Assembly (NCBI GenBank): GCA_963706285.1
Contig: CAVPLU010000003.1
Span: forward strand, 128,001 to 192,000
Source of the DNA: Candidatus Bathyarchaeota archaeon
GTDB lineage: Archaea > Thermoproteota > Bathyarchaeia > 40CM-2-53-6
Reading direction: 5' to 3'
DNA length: 64,000 bases
Part shown: positions 9,663 through 18,248 of the stretch, piece by piece
How the letters are laid out: the number at the start of each line of letters is the position of its first letter
Numbering within the stretch: position 1 is the stretch's first letter
Translations under genes and position numbers: made by a program
Notes under the pieces: model-generated
What the model was told of the DNA's origin: nothing
Databases searched by the model: none
The model's input: only the letters and a program-made list of their open reading frames with translations

Positions 9663-9845
9663 ATGCGGAGAAAGAGGCGACTAGGCGAACCTCTAGGGCA
9701 ACCTTCCACCGACCCGACCGTCTGCCAGCATCCACTACCGATACTCCTATGGCAACTCAGCGCCTCAGACGTGACCGTGTATCGCTGCCGGTTCTGCGGA
9801 GAATTAGTCCGTTATGTATGTGTCTCCAACCAAGAGCTCACGTGA
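9663..9845 (+). CDS. zinc-binding microprotein
   Basis: CQH ... YRCRFCGE. Confidence 0.55.
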   Translation: MRRKRRLGEPLGQPSTDPTVCQHPLPILLWQLSASDVTVYRCRFCGELVRYVCVSNQELT

Positions 9846-9888
9846 ACTAGATCTTTTATCTTAAAGGTACAGCGTCCTATCCTCAAAG
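9843..9888 (+). repeat. duplicated promoter-like element, copy 1 (copy 2 at 10251-10296)
   Basis: TTATCTTAAAGGTACAGCGTCCTATCCTCAA vs TTATCTTAGAGGTACAGCGCTCTGTCCTCAA. Confidence 0.75.
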
Positions 9889-9899
9889 GGGAGAGACGG

Positions 9900-10073
9900 G
9901 TGATTAGCTCGAAGACGAAAGGTAAGTGGATCATTGTCGATAATGACGTCTATCAGCGACTCAAGGCTGTTGGCGAGAAAGGCGAAACGTTCAGCAATAT
10001 CATACGCAAACTCTTAGAATCATACGAGCATATGGTCGCACCCAAGGAAGAGATAGAACCTAGCGAACATTAG
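9900..10073 (+). CDS. VapB-like / RHH antitoxin-type protein, 57 aa (not in ORF track)
   Basis: GTG start; KWIIVDNDVYQRLKAVGEKGETFSNIIRKLL matches the archaeal K.I.I..EVY.RL....GESFSDVI.RLL RHH pattern. Confidence 0.75.
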   Translation: MISSKTKGKWIIVDNDVYQRLKAVGEKGETFSNIIRKLLESYEHMVAPKEEIEPSEH

Positions 10074-10088
10074 AACGAAGGGGATCTA

Positions 10089-10253
10089 ATGTACGTTGAA
10101 CCCAAGACCTGCATGAACTGCGGTAGGGAGAGTCCGTCAGAGAGCCGATATTGTGACTTGTGCGGTTTGCCTCTCATCACAATTGTTGACTGCTTGGACT
10201 ATGCTGTCGAAATCAATAACAGATACTTCACACCATGGGAATCGCAAGCGTGA
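10089..10253 (+). CDS. zinc-ribbon microprotein, 54 aa (not in ORF track)
   Basis: MYVEPKTCMNCGRESPSESRYCDLCGLPLITIVDCLDYAVEINNRYFTPWESQA*. Confidence 0.7.
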   Translation: MYVEPKTCMNCGRESPSESRYCDLCGLPLITIVDCLDYAVEINNRYFTPWESQA

Positions 10254-10296
10254 ATTGATTCTCTTATCTTAGAGGTACAGCGCTCTGTCCTCAAGG
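10251..10296 (+). repeat. duplicated promoter-like element, copy 2
   Basis: See copy 1 at 9843-9888. Confidence 0.75.
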
Positions 10297-10379
10297 CGAC
10301 AAAAGATTCTGGATAGCCAGGTTCTCTTGGGAATAGTATCAGTCTCCTGACCATTGGAAAGCTGGAAGATTCGCATGGG

Positions 10380-10799
10380 TTGAGATCCACGGGCTTATTT
10401 AGCCGAAGATTGAGAAGGTCAAACCGAACGATGGACGACATACCTCGCGCCAGCATCAACCAGATTATTGTAGGAATCATACTATGGGTAGCTCCCGGAC
10501 GAGTATTTGCCGCCCCGACTCCTCATGCAGATCGAAGCGCATTTGAGAGGCTGCGTCAACTGCTAGAAGGAGAACAAGAAGAGAGGACTTCGCCGCGACG
10601 CTTCCTCCCCTCTCCCAGTGCTCTTGTGCTCACATCGAAGGACGGAAAGGAGTTCCGAATGGAACAGGTGGCGTATCAGACAATAACAGAGGTGGGCATC
10701 GTCGAATGGAGTCAGAGCGAGGTCGCCTCACTTGAGTCAGCGGCAGGTGCGGCATTGGGGGCTGGCCTGGCTCTTGGTGTACTGTCGGCAGTAGAGTAG
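10380..10799 (+). CDS. hypothetical protein with glycine-rich hydrophobic C-terminus
   Basis: ORF only; tail AAGAALGAGLALGVL. Confidence 0.4.
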   Translation: MRSTGLFSRRLRRSNRTMDDIPRASINQIIVGIILWVAPGRVFAAPTPHADRSAFERLRQLLEGEQEERTSPRRFLPSPSALVLTSKDGKEFRMEQVAYQTITEVGIVEWSQSEVASLESAAGAALGAGLALGVLSAVE

Positions 10800-10985
10800 G
10801 TGCCTAACGCATGTCAAGATCCTCAAGGTCAAAACGAAAGGAGTACGAGATGTGGGTTCCAGAAGCAACCAAGTGGGCTGACAAGATTGGCAAACGGATG
10901 TCGGCGCATCGTTCTGCAACAATTGCGGTGCCCTGAATCCTCACAAACCCTGAGTTCCAAGTCGGCGGCTTGATATGCCAACACT

Positions 10986-11240
10986 ATGAGTCTCTTAGTG
11001 AGGAGAAGAACGGTGAAGATGATTACGTACGAGGGCCGGGGAACGCATTATTTGGTTTTTGATAAGGACCTCAACATGCACTTCGTGGTAGGCAAGAGTG
11101 ACAAGATCGAAATTCCAGATGACCTCTACAAGACTCTGAAGGAGCGGGGGCATATGGCAGAGGGCAAACTCGCCGACGCGCAACCAGCCCAAGTGACCAA
11201 AGAGTCGCTTGACAAGCTTAGATTTGGCGAAATTTCGTAG
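10986..11240 (+). CDS. hypothetical small protein
   Basis: Protein-like composition; GAGGAG SD-like motif before GTG ~11013. Confidence 0.55.
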   Translation: MSLLVRRRTVKMITYEGRGTHYLVFDKDLNMHFVVGKSDKIEIPDDLYKTLKERGHMAEGKLADAQPAQVTKESLDKLRFGEIS

Positions 11241-11651
11241 GCTCTTACTCACTCTCTACAGCGCCTGCACGGTCCGGTGGAGATACCACCAACGTTTCTG
11301 ATGTTCCTTAGAGAATTGCTTTCCTTTTCGATCTTTTCCGAGCGGTTCATGGCACATCTTACAATCGGTGGGTTGCGTGGTTGTCGCTGCTGTTGGCGGC
11401 CGTATTGCTTCTGCAAATGGCGGGACAATGCAGGTGCGGATGCAACTTGTCGGAAGATTGTCCAAACGAGTCCTGCAACTGGGGACAATTAGGCTAACCC
11501 ATTTTGGGATGGCTTAGAGAAATGTCCTAGCTGCGGAACCGCCTTGGTTCCATTATCAGAGCCTACCTGACCGCTACGGCCGAACCTCCACGACCTGGGT
11601 AAGGCGCGAATCTGGATTAGGCGCTAGGTTGAGAGGATCGCCACTAGCAGT

Positions 11652-11924
11652 TTACCAGTATCCGAACATTGAGGGTTGGAACCGTGACATCGGGGACCAT
11701 GGATAGAAGCTTGGACCCATGCCCATACCCATGCTTGGACCCATGCCCATCATCGGCGTTGAACCCATCATTGGGTATGAGTAGGGCTGGCCGTAGTAGG
11801 AGTTGAAGCTCGGAGAATAGCGAGGGTAGCAAACAATCGGACCAGTTGGATGCCCAACAACTGCACCAGCCAACGCTCCGGTAAGCCCTAGAGCTCCAAG
11901 TGCTCCCAAACAAAGAAGTGACAT
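11652..11924 (-). CDS. glycine-zipper membrane protein with Pro/Tyr/Met-rich tail (paralog 2)
   Basis: MSLLCLGALGALGLTGALAGAVVG...YPMMGSTPMMGMGPSMGMG...MFGYW; start inferred from alignment with paralog 1 and shared promoter. Confidence 0.7.
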   Translation of the reverse strand: MSLLCLGALGALGLTGALAGAVVGHPTGPIVCYPRYSPSFNSYYGQPYSYPMMGSTPMMGMGPSMGMGMGPSFYPWSPMSRFQPSMFGYW

Positions 11925-11957
11925 AGAATCAGACCAGGTAATTTGTTCACTCTGACG

Positions 11958-12039
11958 CTCTAAAGGATTCCGCGGCACATTGAAGCAATCATATCTAGAT
12001 TGTGAGCGAGGTTGGGCGATAACGACACGGTCGTGTGAT
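11958..12039 (-). promoter_or_regulatory. conserved upstream region of glycine-zipper gene 2, with TATA-like box and palindrome ACGAC-acg-GTCGT (12022-12034)
   Basis: Aligns with 12424-12507 (CACATTGA.GCA..CATATCT and ACGACAYGGTCGTGTGAT shared). Confidence 0.7.
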
Positions 12040-12108
12040 TGGTCGTCGTTACTCACGTACAAACGGTGGCACTTACACCCGTAACGGGTCGTGTGCGGGA
12101 AGACAGTA

Positions 12109-12402
12109 TCAGTAGTATCCGTACATCATTGGAGACGGGCCTGCACAGAAGCTTGGAGCCATCAATGGGTACGACGCCATCATCGGGTATGCGGACGGGT
12201 AGTAGTATGGGTAATAGACGGGTCGACGCATAAATGCTGCAGCGACCAAACCAACCACTACTCCGCCTACTAAGCCAGCTGCTAAGCCTCCAGCTATTGC
12301 GCCGAGGGATAGTCCTCCGACAGTAGCAGCTGAACCGGCAACGGTGCCCGAACCGATAGCGGCTCCTGTGCAGCAAACAATCGCCAATTGGAATCGAACC
12401 AC
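12109..12402 (-). CDS. glycine-zipper membrane protein with Pro/Tyr/Met-rich tail (paralog 1; start probably TTG 12387)
   Basis: GxxxG repeats LGAIAGGLAAGLVGGVVVG then RRPVYYPYYYPSAYPMM...MMYGYY. Confidence 0.7.
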   Translation of the reverse strand: MVRFQLAIVCCTGAAIGSGTVAGSAATVGGLSLGAIAGGLAAGLVGGVVVGLVAAAFMRRPVYYPYYYPSAYPMMASYPLMAPSFCAGPSPMMYGYY

Positions 12403-12423
12403 GAGAAGCCGTACGTTCTTAGC

Positions 12424-12507
12424 CTTCTAAAAGGTATCGAGACACATTGACGCATCCATATCTTCTTCGCGAGTGAAGTCGTGACGACAACGACATGGTC
12501 GTGTGAT
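12424..12507 (-). promoter_or_regulatory. conserved upstream region of glycine-zipper gene 1, with palindrome ACGAC-atg-GTCGT (12490-12502)
   Basis: Aligns with 11958-12039. Confidence 0.7.
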
Positions 12508-12659
12508 GTGTCAAGACGCAGCGAGCAACCAGGTTCACATGAACCAGGCGAAACGTTCAGCGCTATCATACGCAGCCTCATAGAGACCTGCGAACGCGAG
12601 AAAGTGAAGTCCTAGTCATGGGTGTTGTTCTATAGGCGTAAAGCCCAGCAGAGCGCGAG

Positions 12660-12870
12660 ATGGGCGGGCAATCAGCTAGAGACTCCAAGGTTCATCCACT
12701 TGTAATGCAGTGGATGTAAGTAGAGGACTAGACCTTCTATTCAGCCGGACGCTAATGTGGGGAAGGAGGAACGTCATTTCTCCTTCAGTGACGAAGCCAT
12801 GGCGAACCGAAGAGCCATGGGCTATTCCACAGACGAAGGAGCGTCATGTGGCTCCACAGAAGCGCCCGCA
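12660..12870 (+). ncRNA. candidate structured non-coding RNA of unknown family
   Basis: ORF-free; closing helix GCGGGC/GCCCGC with several nested hairpins; G-U pairs favour the + strand. Confidence 0.4.
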
Positions 12871-12950
12871 ATAATCTTCTCTTGTCCCTAAGGATACAAC
12901 GCTTGTCCTAGCGTAGCAGACATGCTGCACGCTGAAACATGAAGGGACCA

Positions 12951-13670
12951 CTAACTTTGCTTTCTTGCAACGACCATTGCATGGTCTTTTTCATAGGGTT
13001 CCAATCGGACCGTGTCGATGATCTCGAATCCTCGCTGCACAAGTATGCGTTTCTCCTGAGTGAACACAGTACCTGGGCTCATTGTTACGTCCACGCTTCT
13101 CGACTTCACGGCCAACATTATGGTCCCTGACTTCTTCAAGAAAAGTTCGGAGTTGTCGGCGAGGATTCTTGCTTGCTCGGGCTGGGCAATATCGCAGTAG
13201 ATTGCGTCCACAGGGGAAACAAGGGATCTGTAGGCGCTTGGATGTCTCGCGTCGGCTAGGATGGGAGACATGTTCGGTCTCTCAGAACAGACGCGATCGA
13301 TGAGTTCACGCATTGTCCGTTGCGCGAACTCGACGCAATAGACCAGTCCCTCGTCTCCCAGGATGTCGCTCACATGGCTCGCGGTGGTTCCGCTTGCCGC
13401 ACCGAGATATAGAACTCTTCGACCTGGACCAATTGAGACCTCCTTTACCTCTTTCAGTATTGCAGCCGCGAGTTTGCTTCTATACGCATCCCACAGCCTG
13501 TACTCTTTTCGACCAAACTTCACCAATTGCTCTCCGTAGACGGAGTGGCCGGGGCTGAGGTTCTTCGTGGCGAGCCGACGTGAGTTATCTTGAAACTTGA
13601 CCCAGTATACACCTTCGAATCGTTGGTGGGGGCTAACGTCTTCGACGTTGATCACGTCTGCGGCCCTCAA
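12951..13670 (-). CDS. flpA: fibrillarin rRNA 2'-O-methyltransferase
   Basis: VYGE, YRSKLAAAI, VLYLGAASGTT.SHVSD, DIAQP.Q, LEPYEKDH. Confidence 0.96.
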   Translation of the reverse strand: MRAADVINVEDVSPHQRFEGVYWVKFQDNSRRLATKNLSPGHSVYGEQLVKFGRKEYRLWDAYRSKLAAAILKEVKEVSIGPGRRVLYLGAASGTTASHVSDILGDEGLVYCVEFAQRTMRELIDRVCSERPNMSPILADARHPSAYRSLVSPVDAIYCDIAQPEQARILADNSELFLKKSGTIMLAVKSRSVDVTMSPGTVFTQEKRILVQRGFEIIDTVRLEPYEKDHAMVVARKQS

Positions 13671-14898
13671 AACGTCTCCTCTGGAAAGGTTGCTTCTCTG
13701 GTGGTCTCATCGGCGGTTCTTTGTATTTCTCTTGAATCTCAGCGATCTTCTTCTCCAGATCCTTAGTGAGTTTCTCGCCCATGTACTCTCCTCCGAAAGC
13801 GTCAACCCTTATGGCGATCGCAAGCTTTCCGGAAAGTGCTCTTGCGATCTTTCCTCTCTGCCAGCGAGGCGATTGATGAATCGATCCGTACTGGAAGATC
13901 ACTCCATGCTTTGGCGGCCTAGCCCCAGTCTTCAATGACCTGAAGAGCGCCTTTTCTGCCCCCAGGACCTGCATAGTACTTGCCGGCATCTTGGCTAGAT
14001 TCTCCAATCCTCCTGCTATCGACATTAGTCGTGCCGTAAGGAGAGGCCCCAACATTGTAGTGGTGTTTGGGGCGGCCTGCTTCATCACCTCGTCAACGTA
14101 GGTTTCGGCCTTCTCTCGAAACTTCATGAGTTCCAGAGTGTCTCTGCAGAATGACCGCAACCATTCCAGATCTTCTTCTGGGAAGCTGGCTCCCATCGAC
14201 TTGTGCGCTGATGATGCCATCTGCTCGATCTTCTCCGTCGGGATCCCTTCTTTCTCGAGGTTCTCTTCTGTGAAGTTTGATCGCAGGCCAAGATCAGCTA
14301 CAAGTCGAGCATAGGTATCATGTTTTTCTACGAGGCGATCAAGCTCAGGGAAGTGCAAACCATACCATTCTCGTACTCGTCCCGCGAAGAGGTTGATCGT
14401 CTTATCGATATCATCGATCGCACGCACGGCCTGAACTGCATAGAGGTCACGCTTCGCTGTCGCAATGGTGACTGCTCCTCGCGCGAGTTCCACCGTCACC
14501 TGCCGAATAAATCCGAGATATTCCTCAATGTCGACGATTGGTTTGACATCGAGTCTCTGTTGCTTAAGCCACTTTGATCTTCCTTTCCAGTCGGTTGCGA
14601 GTCTCTCTCGGAACTGCGTTACCGCGGTGGTCCCAGCCTCAACTCTAGTAGGCATCTCATCGATCGACTTCAGTGCTTTCGCTAGCGCGTCTGTCTCTGC
14701 AACCAGAGTGTCAAAGCCTGCCTTTCGCAGCGAGGACACAAACTCTCTTAGCTCGGGAACAGGGGTTCCGGATTGGAGTCGGCTGAGCTTTTCCGCGGCT
14801 TCATTTGCTTTCTTGCCAAACAGTATCTTCTCAATCACTGAGCCATCTTTGTCGATGGCGAAGACTCCTGCGGGCGCTTCTACAACATGGATATCCAC
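13633..14898 (-). CDS. nop5: C/D box RNP subunit Nop5 (Nop56/58)
   Basis: RVREWYGLHFPEL, PASTMQVLGAEKALF, PPKHGVIFQ, RGKIARAL. Confidence 0.96.
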   Translation of the reverse strand: MDIHVVEAPAGVFAIDKDGSVIEKILFGKKANEAAEKLSRLQSGTPVPELREFVSSLRKAGFDTLVAETDALAKALKSIDEMPTRVEAGTTAVTQFRERLATDWKGRSKWLKQQRLDVKPIVDIEEYLGFIRQVTVELARGAVTIATAKRDLYAVQAVRAIDDIDKTINLFAGRVREWYGLHFPELDRLVEKHDTYARLVADLGLRSNFTEENLEKEGIPTEKIEQMASSAHKSMGASFPEEDLEWLRSFCRDTLELMKFREKAETYVDEVMKQAAPNTTTMLGPLLTARLMSIAGGLENLAKMPASTMQVLGAEKALFRSLKTGARPPKHGVIFQYGSIHQSPRWQRGKIARALSGKLAIAIRVDAFGGEYMGEKLTKDLEKKIAEIQEKYKEPPMRPPEKQPFQRRRFEGRRRDQRRRR

Positions 14899-15042
14899 TT
14901 GTGTTCATTCTCCTTGAACTATCGCGATGTTATCGACAATTGGTCGCCATAGGACGTAGGCGATGTCGAGATAAAGCCTTACTGACCTAAAGTGGACGGA
15001 GCGTTAATAGCCAAAACTCAGTAGTCCTATCCAGAATGCGGC

Positions 15043-15969
15043 GTGGTGGAGTCTATGAGTGCCCTATCGACAGAGATCGCCGGAGTGAGACTGAGTAATC
15101 CGACTATGCTTGCATCTGGTTTTCTGGGCGTTTCTGGTCAGACGCTGAAACGGGTCGTTGAAGCGGGTGCGGGCGCCGTCGTTACAAAGTCCTCAAGCTT
15201 GAAACCGCGTGAGGGTAATCCAGGTCCCACGATTGTTGAGCTTCCAGTCGGTCTTCTGAATGCGATCGGCCTCGCGAGTCCTGGAATCATGATGATGGAA
15301 GACGAAATTGCTGAAGTGAAGAGGTCTGGGGTGCCCGTCATAGTCAGTGTATTTGGTTTCTCGACCTCTGATTATTCGAAATCGGCTCGGATCGCGGAGA
15401 CATTCGGAGCCGATGCTATCGAGTTGAATGTATCATGTCCACACGTATCTGGAGTATCAGAGATCTGTCAGGATCCAAGGATCGCAGCCAAGGTCACTCG
15501 GAGCGTGAAGAGGCGAGTTGGGATTCCTGTCTTTGTGAAGCTTTCTCCAAACGTTGCGGACATTGTCAAGATAGGTCGTTCTGTCGAGCGAGCTGGCGCG
15601 GACGCAATCACTGCTATCAACACGATCAGAGGCATGGCGATTGACATACAAGTTCGACTACCTGTGCTATCGGCTAGGATCGGCGGGTTATCCGGCCCTG
15701 CGATCAAGCCGGTGGCAATTCGATGCGTGTACGAGCTAGCTGAAAAGGTCAAGCTCCCCATAATCGGGGTTGGAGGGATTACCGGCTGGGAGGATGCTGT
15801 CGAGTTCTTCCAGGCTGGTGCAAGCGCGGTCCAGATAGGAACAGCAATTCTTCAGAAAGATCTCAAGGTTTTCTCGGAGGTCATTGATGGTCTCTCAACC
15901 TATTTGAAAGAGAATGGGTTCACCGGTGTCTCCGACCTGGTCGGCGTCGCTCATTCGAGATCTTCATAG
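15043..15969 (+). CDS. pyrD: dihydroorotate dehydrogenase (class 1B) catalytic subunit
   Basis: LASG, ELNVSCPH, VKLSPN, INT, GGLSGPAIKP, IIGVGGI. Confidence 0.94.
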   Translation: MVESMSALSTEIAGVRLSNPTMLASGFLGVSGQTLKRVVEAGAGAVVTKSSSLKPREGNPGPTIVELPVGLLNAIGLASPGIMMMEDEIAEVKRSGVPVIVSVFGFSTSDYSKSARIAETFGADAIELNVSCPHVSGVSEICQDPRIAAKVTRSVKRRVGIPVFVKLSPNVADIVKIGRSVERAGADAITAINTIRGMAIDIQVRLPVLSARIGGLSGPAIKPVAIRCVYELAEKVKLPIIGVGGITGWEDAVEFFQAGASAVQIGTAILQKDLKVFSEVIDGLSTYLKENGFTGVSDLVGVAHSRSS

Positions 15970-17665
15970 CCTGAAATCTTCTCGATTCATATGTGATTCT
16001 GCCTCCGACAATGGTTGCCAAGACTCTGATCTTGCGTATCTCCTTCAGCGGGATCTGGAGAGGATCGCGATCAAGCACGACTAAGTCCGCAACGTTCCCC
16101 TCACGAATCACTCCTTTCAGTTCTTCTTCATGTGTTGCGAAGGCGGCATTCTTGGTGAACATTTCGAGCGCGTCTTGGATCCCGACTCGTTCACCGTAGT
16201 CACCAGTTGCGGAATTGACCGCCGCGGAGATGCCTTCCAGCGGATCGATTGGTTCAACTGGACAGTCCGATCCTCCAACCACGGTGGCCCCGCTCTTCAG
16301 TAGAGATCTGAGTGCATAGACGAACTTCGCGCGTTCGCGGCCTACTCGGACTGGAACCCATGGATCAGAGGGTATGAAGTGCGGTTGAACTGACGCGATA
16401 ACCTTCGCACGTTTGATTCTCTTGATCAAGTCAGGGTTGAGGACAGATGCGTGTTCTATTCGGTGTCTCAAGTTGTCAGATTGTGGAACGGCAAGCTCAG
16501 CGTTCTCGATGGCTGTCAGCGCCATCGCGATCGCATGATCGCCAATAGCATGAATCGCAACCTGAAACCCCATACGAGACGCGGATTCGATAATCGTGTT
16601 AAGCTCGTCTTGCGAGTGAATCAGAATTCCGCGCGTATCTGGCGAGTCAGAATATGGAGTCTCAAGCGCCGCCGTGCGAGCTCCCAACGAGCCATCAGTG
16701 AAGACCTTGATGGCTTGGATCTTGAGCATCTCGTCTCCGAATCCGGTTGAGATGCCTATCTTGCTGGCTGAATCAAGCCAGTCGTCCGGAATCAGGACAT
16801 AGATTCTGGCACGCAGTTCTCCTGCACGATTCATGGTATGCAGAACGCGGAGATATTGTGGCTCGTCGACGATGCAGTGTATTGACGTCAAACCTGCGGA
16901 AACGGCTCTGTGCATTGCCAGCGAGATGGCCTTCCGTAGTTGTCGATCATCTAATCCGGGTATGTGAGAGTGTACAAGGCTCATTGCATTCTCCCGAAAC
17001 ACACCAGTTGGTTCTCCTGTCTCGTTCTCGTAGTCAATGACTCCTCCCGCTGGGGATTCGGTGGTTCTCGTTATGTTTGAAAGTCGCAGCGCAACGCTGT
17101 TTGCAACGCAAATGTGTTCGCATACCCGGAAAACGCATACTGGCTTGTCAGGGACAGCCGCGTCCAAGTCGAATCGATTGGGAAATCTTCGTTCGCGCAG
17201 TCTCTCTTGGTCCCATCCGTATCCTAGCACCCATCCATCGACTCGAGTTCTCTTAGATTGTCTTCTCAGCGCGTCCTGAATCTCCGAGATTGAAGTCGAC
17301 TTGCGAAGGTTCGCTCCGGACAACTCGATGCCATAACTCACAAGGTGCGTGTGACAATCAGTGAACCCAGGCAGAACGGTTGCTCCGTCAAGGTTCCAAA
17401 CTTGCGCCTGTCCTTTTACGAGCGCTCGTAGCTCTCGATCTGTTCCGATCTTGGCTACCTGTCCGTGCTCGAGCGCGAGGGCCCGAGCCCTAGGGCGTCC
17501 GCTATCAAGTGTAATAATTTCGGCGTTTAGAAATATGGTATCGGCTTCTCTGTGAGATATCTTGCTAGTCTTCGCTCTCGCTGTCGTCCTTATCCGCGTC
17601 TGACTCGTCTTCCCTCTCGGAATGGATTGAGTCGTATTCTTCCGGCCACTCAATCTTTCCGCCAC
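15920..17665 (-). CDS. YtcJ-type amidohydrolase (Amidohydro_3); true start probably later than annotated
   Basis: PGFTDCHTH, K.FTDGSLGARTA, HAIGD, RHRIEH, GSDCPV. Confidence 0.88.
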   Translation of the reverse strand: MAERLSGRKNTTQSIPRGKTSQTRIRTTARAKTSKISHREADTIFLNAEIITLDSGRPRARALALEHGQVAKIGTDRELRALVKGQAQVWNLDGATVLPGFTDCHTHLVSYGIELSGANLRKSTSISEIQDALRRQSKRTRVDGWVLGYGWDQERLRERRFPNRFDLDAAVPDKPVCVFRVCEHICVANSVALRLSNITRTTESPAGGVIDYENETGEPTGVFRENAMSLVHSHIPGLDDRQLRKAISLAMHRAVSAGLTSIHCIVDEPQYLRVLHTMNRAGELRARIYVLIPDDWLDSASKIGISTGFGDEMLKIQAIKVFTDGSLGARTAALETPYSDSPDTRGILIHSQDELNTIIESASRMGFQVAIHAIGDHAIAMALTAIENAELAVPQSDNLRHRIEHASVLNPDLIKRIKRAKVIASVQPHFIPSDPWVPVRVGRERAKFVYALRSLLKSGATVVGGSDCPVEPIDPLEGISAAVNSATGDYGERVGIQDALEMFTKNAAFATHEEELKGVIREGNVADLVVLDRDPLQIPLKEIRKIRVLATIVGGRITYESRRFQAMKISNERRRPGRRHR

Positions 17666-17780
17666 ACTTGTCGCAGTAGACGGCGCTTAGAAAAAGCTCT
17701 TGTTCGCAGTTCTCACAGAAGAACCTCTTCTGCTTCACTTCTGATTCAGGCTTCGCTTCCGGTTCTGCCATGACGGTCAT
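17565..17780 (-). CDS. acidic zinc-ribbon microprotein
   Basis: FFCENC...VYCDKCGGKIEW with acidic tail. Confidence 0.7.
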   Translation of the reverse strand: MTVMAEPEAKPESEVKQKRFFCENCEQELFLSAVYCDKCGGKIEWPEEYDSIHSEREDESDADKDDSESED

Positions 17781-18248
17781 CCAGTTCCACTTGTCCTACT
17801 AGCGAACGGGCCTGCGGACACCTTATAGGTTCCCCACACCGACCAGCCAAAAACGCCGTGTTTTGGTATGTGCCTCTAGCAGGCTTGCGTCAAAACTACA
17901 CCTAGCCTCCCCAATCAGGTGTGGCTGTCGATCCAGAGCCTGAGTCCAGCACAGGCACACCGACCAGGTCGACAGACCGCATCCCGGCATCATTCAGAGA
18001 AAGATAAGTGCCTTGGGAATCTCGCCTCACGACAACCTAGCAGTCAGCGTAACTCGCGCTGGATATTGAATGAGGCTGATCTGGAAGCTTCAATCTCATG
18101 GTTAACGCTGATGGAGGACACCCCATTAGCTGGCGCCACCCTGCTGGACGATACTACTTTCTTCCGAGCATCACGCAAGAGGGCGCAAGCCTTTCATTCT
18201 CGTCACTAGCGTGGAACGAGTGCGTGACAGAAGAGGAGCGATTAGGAA

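Noticed and set aside
11256-11465. CKMCH motif suggesting a c-type cytochrome
   Set aside because: No signal peptide and a short doubtful ORF; a degenerate zinc-binding remnant or chance is more likely.
11400-11570. Cys-rich metallothionein-like ORF on the + strand
   Set aside because: Cys motifs are spread over different frames with stops; best read as a decayed zinc-ribbon gene.
9843-12507. CRISPR array from the repeated elements
   Set aside because: Only two diverged copies of each, 400-470 bp apart, and no cas genes.
12666-12685. GGGCAATCAGC and TAGAGACT resembling group I intron Q and R elements
   Set aside because: They are adjacent with no room for P6, and no S element follows.
12910-12933. 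Hairpin AGCGT-AGCA-GACA-TGCT-GC-ACGCT resembling group II intron domain V
   Set aside because: The lower stem is too short and triad-to-bulge spacing is wrong; no domain VI or RT gene; more likely the 3' hairpin of flpA.
5800-12950. Provirus or integrative element
   Set aside because: No integrase, capsid, packaging ATPase, replication gene or att repeats seen.
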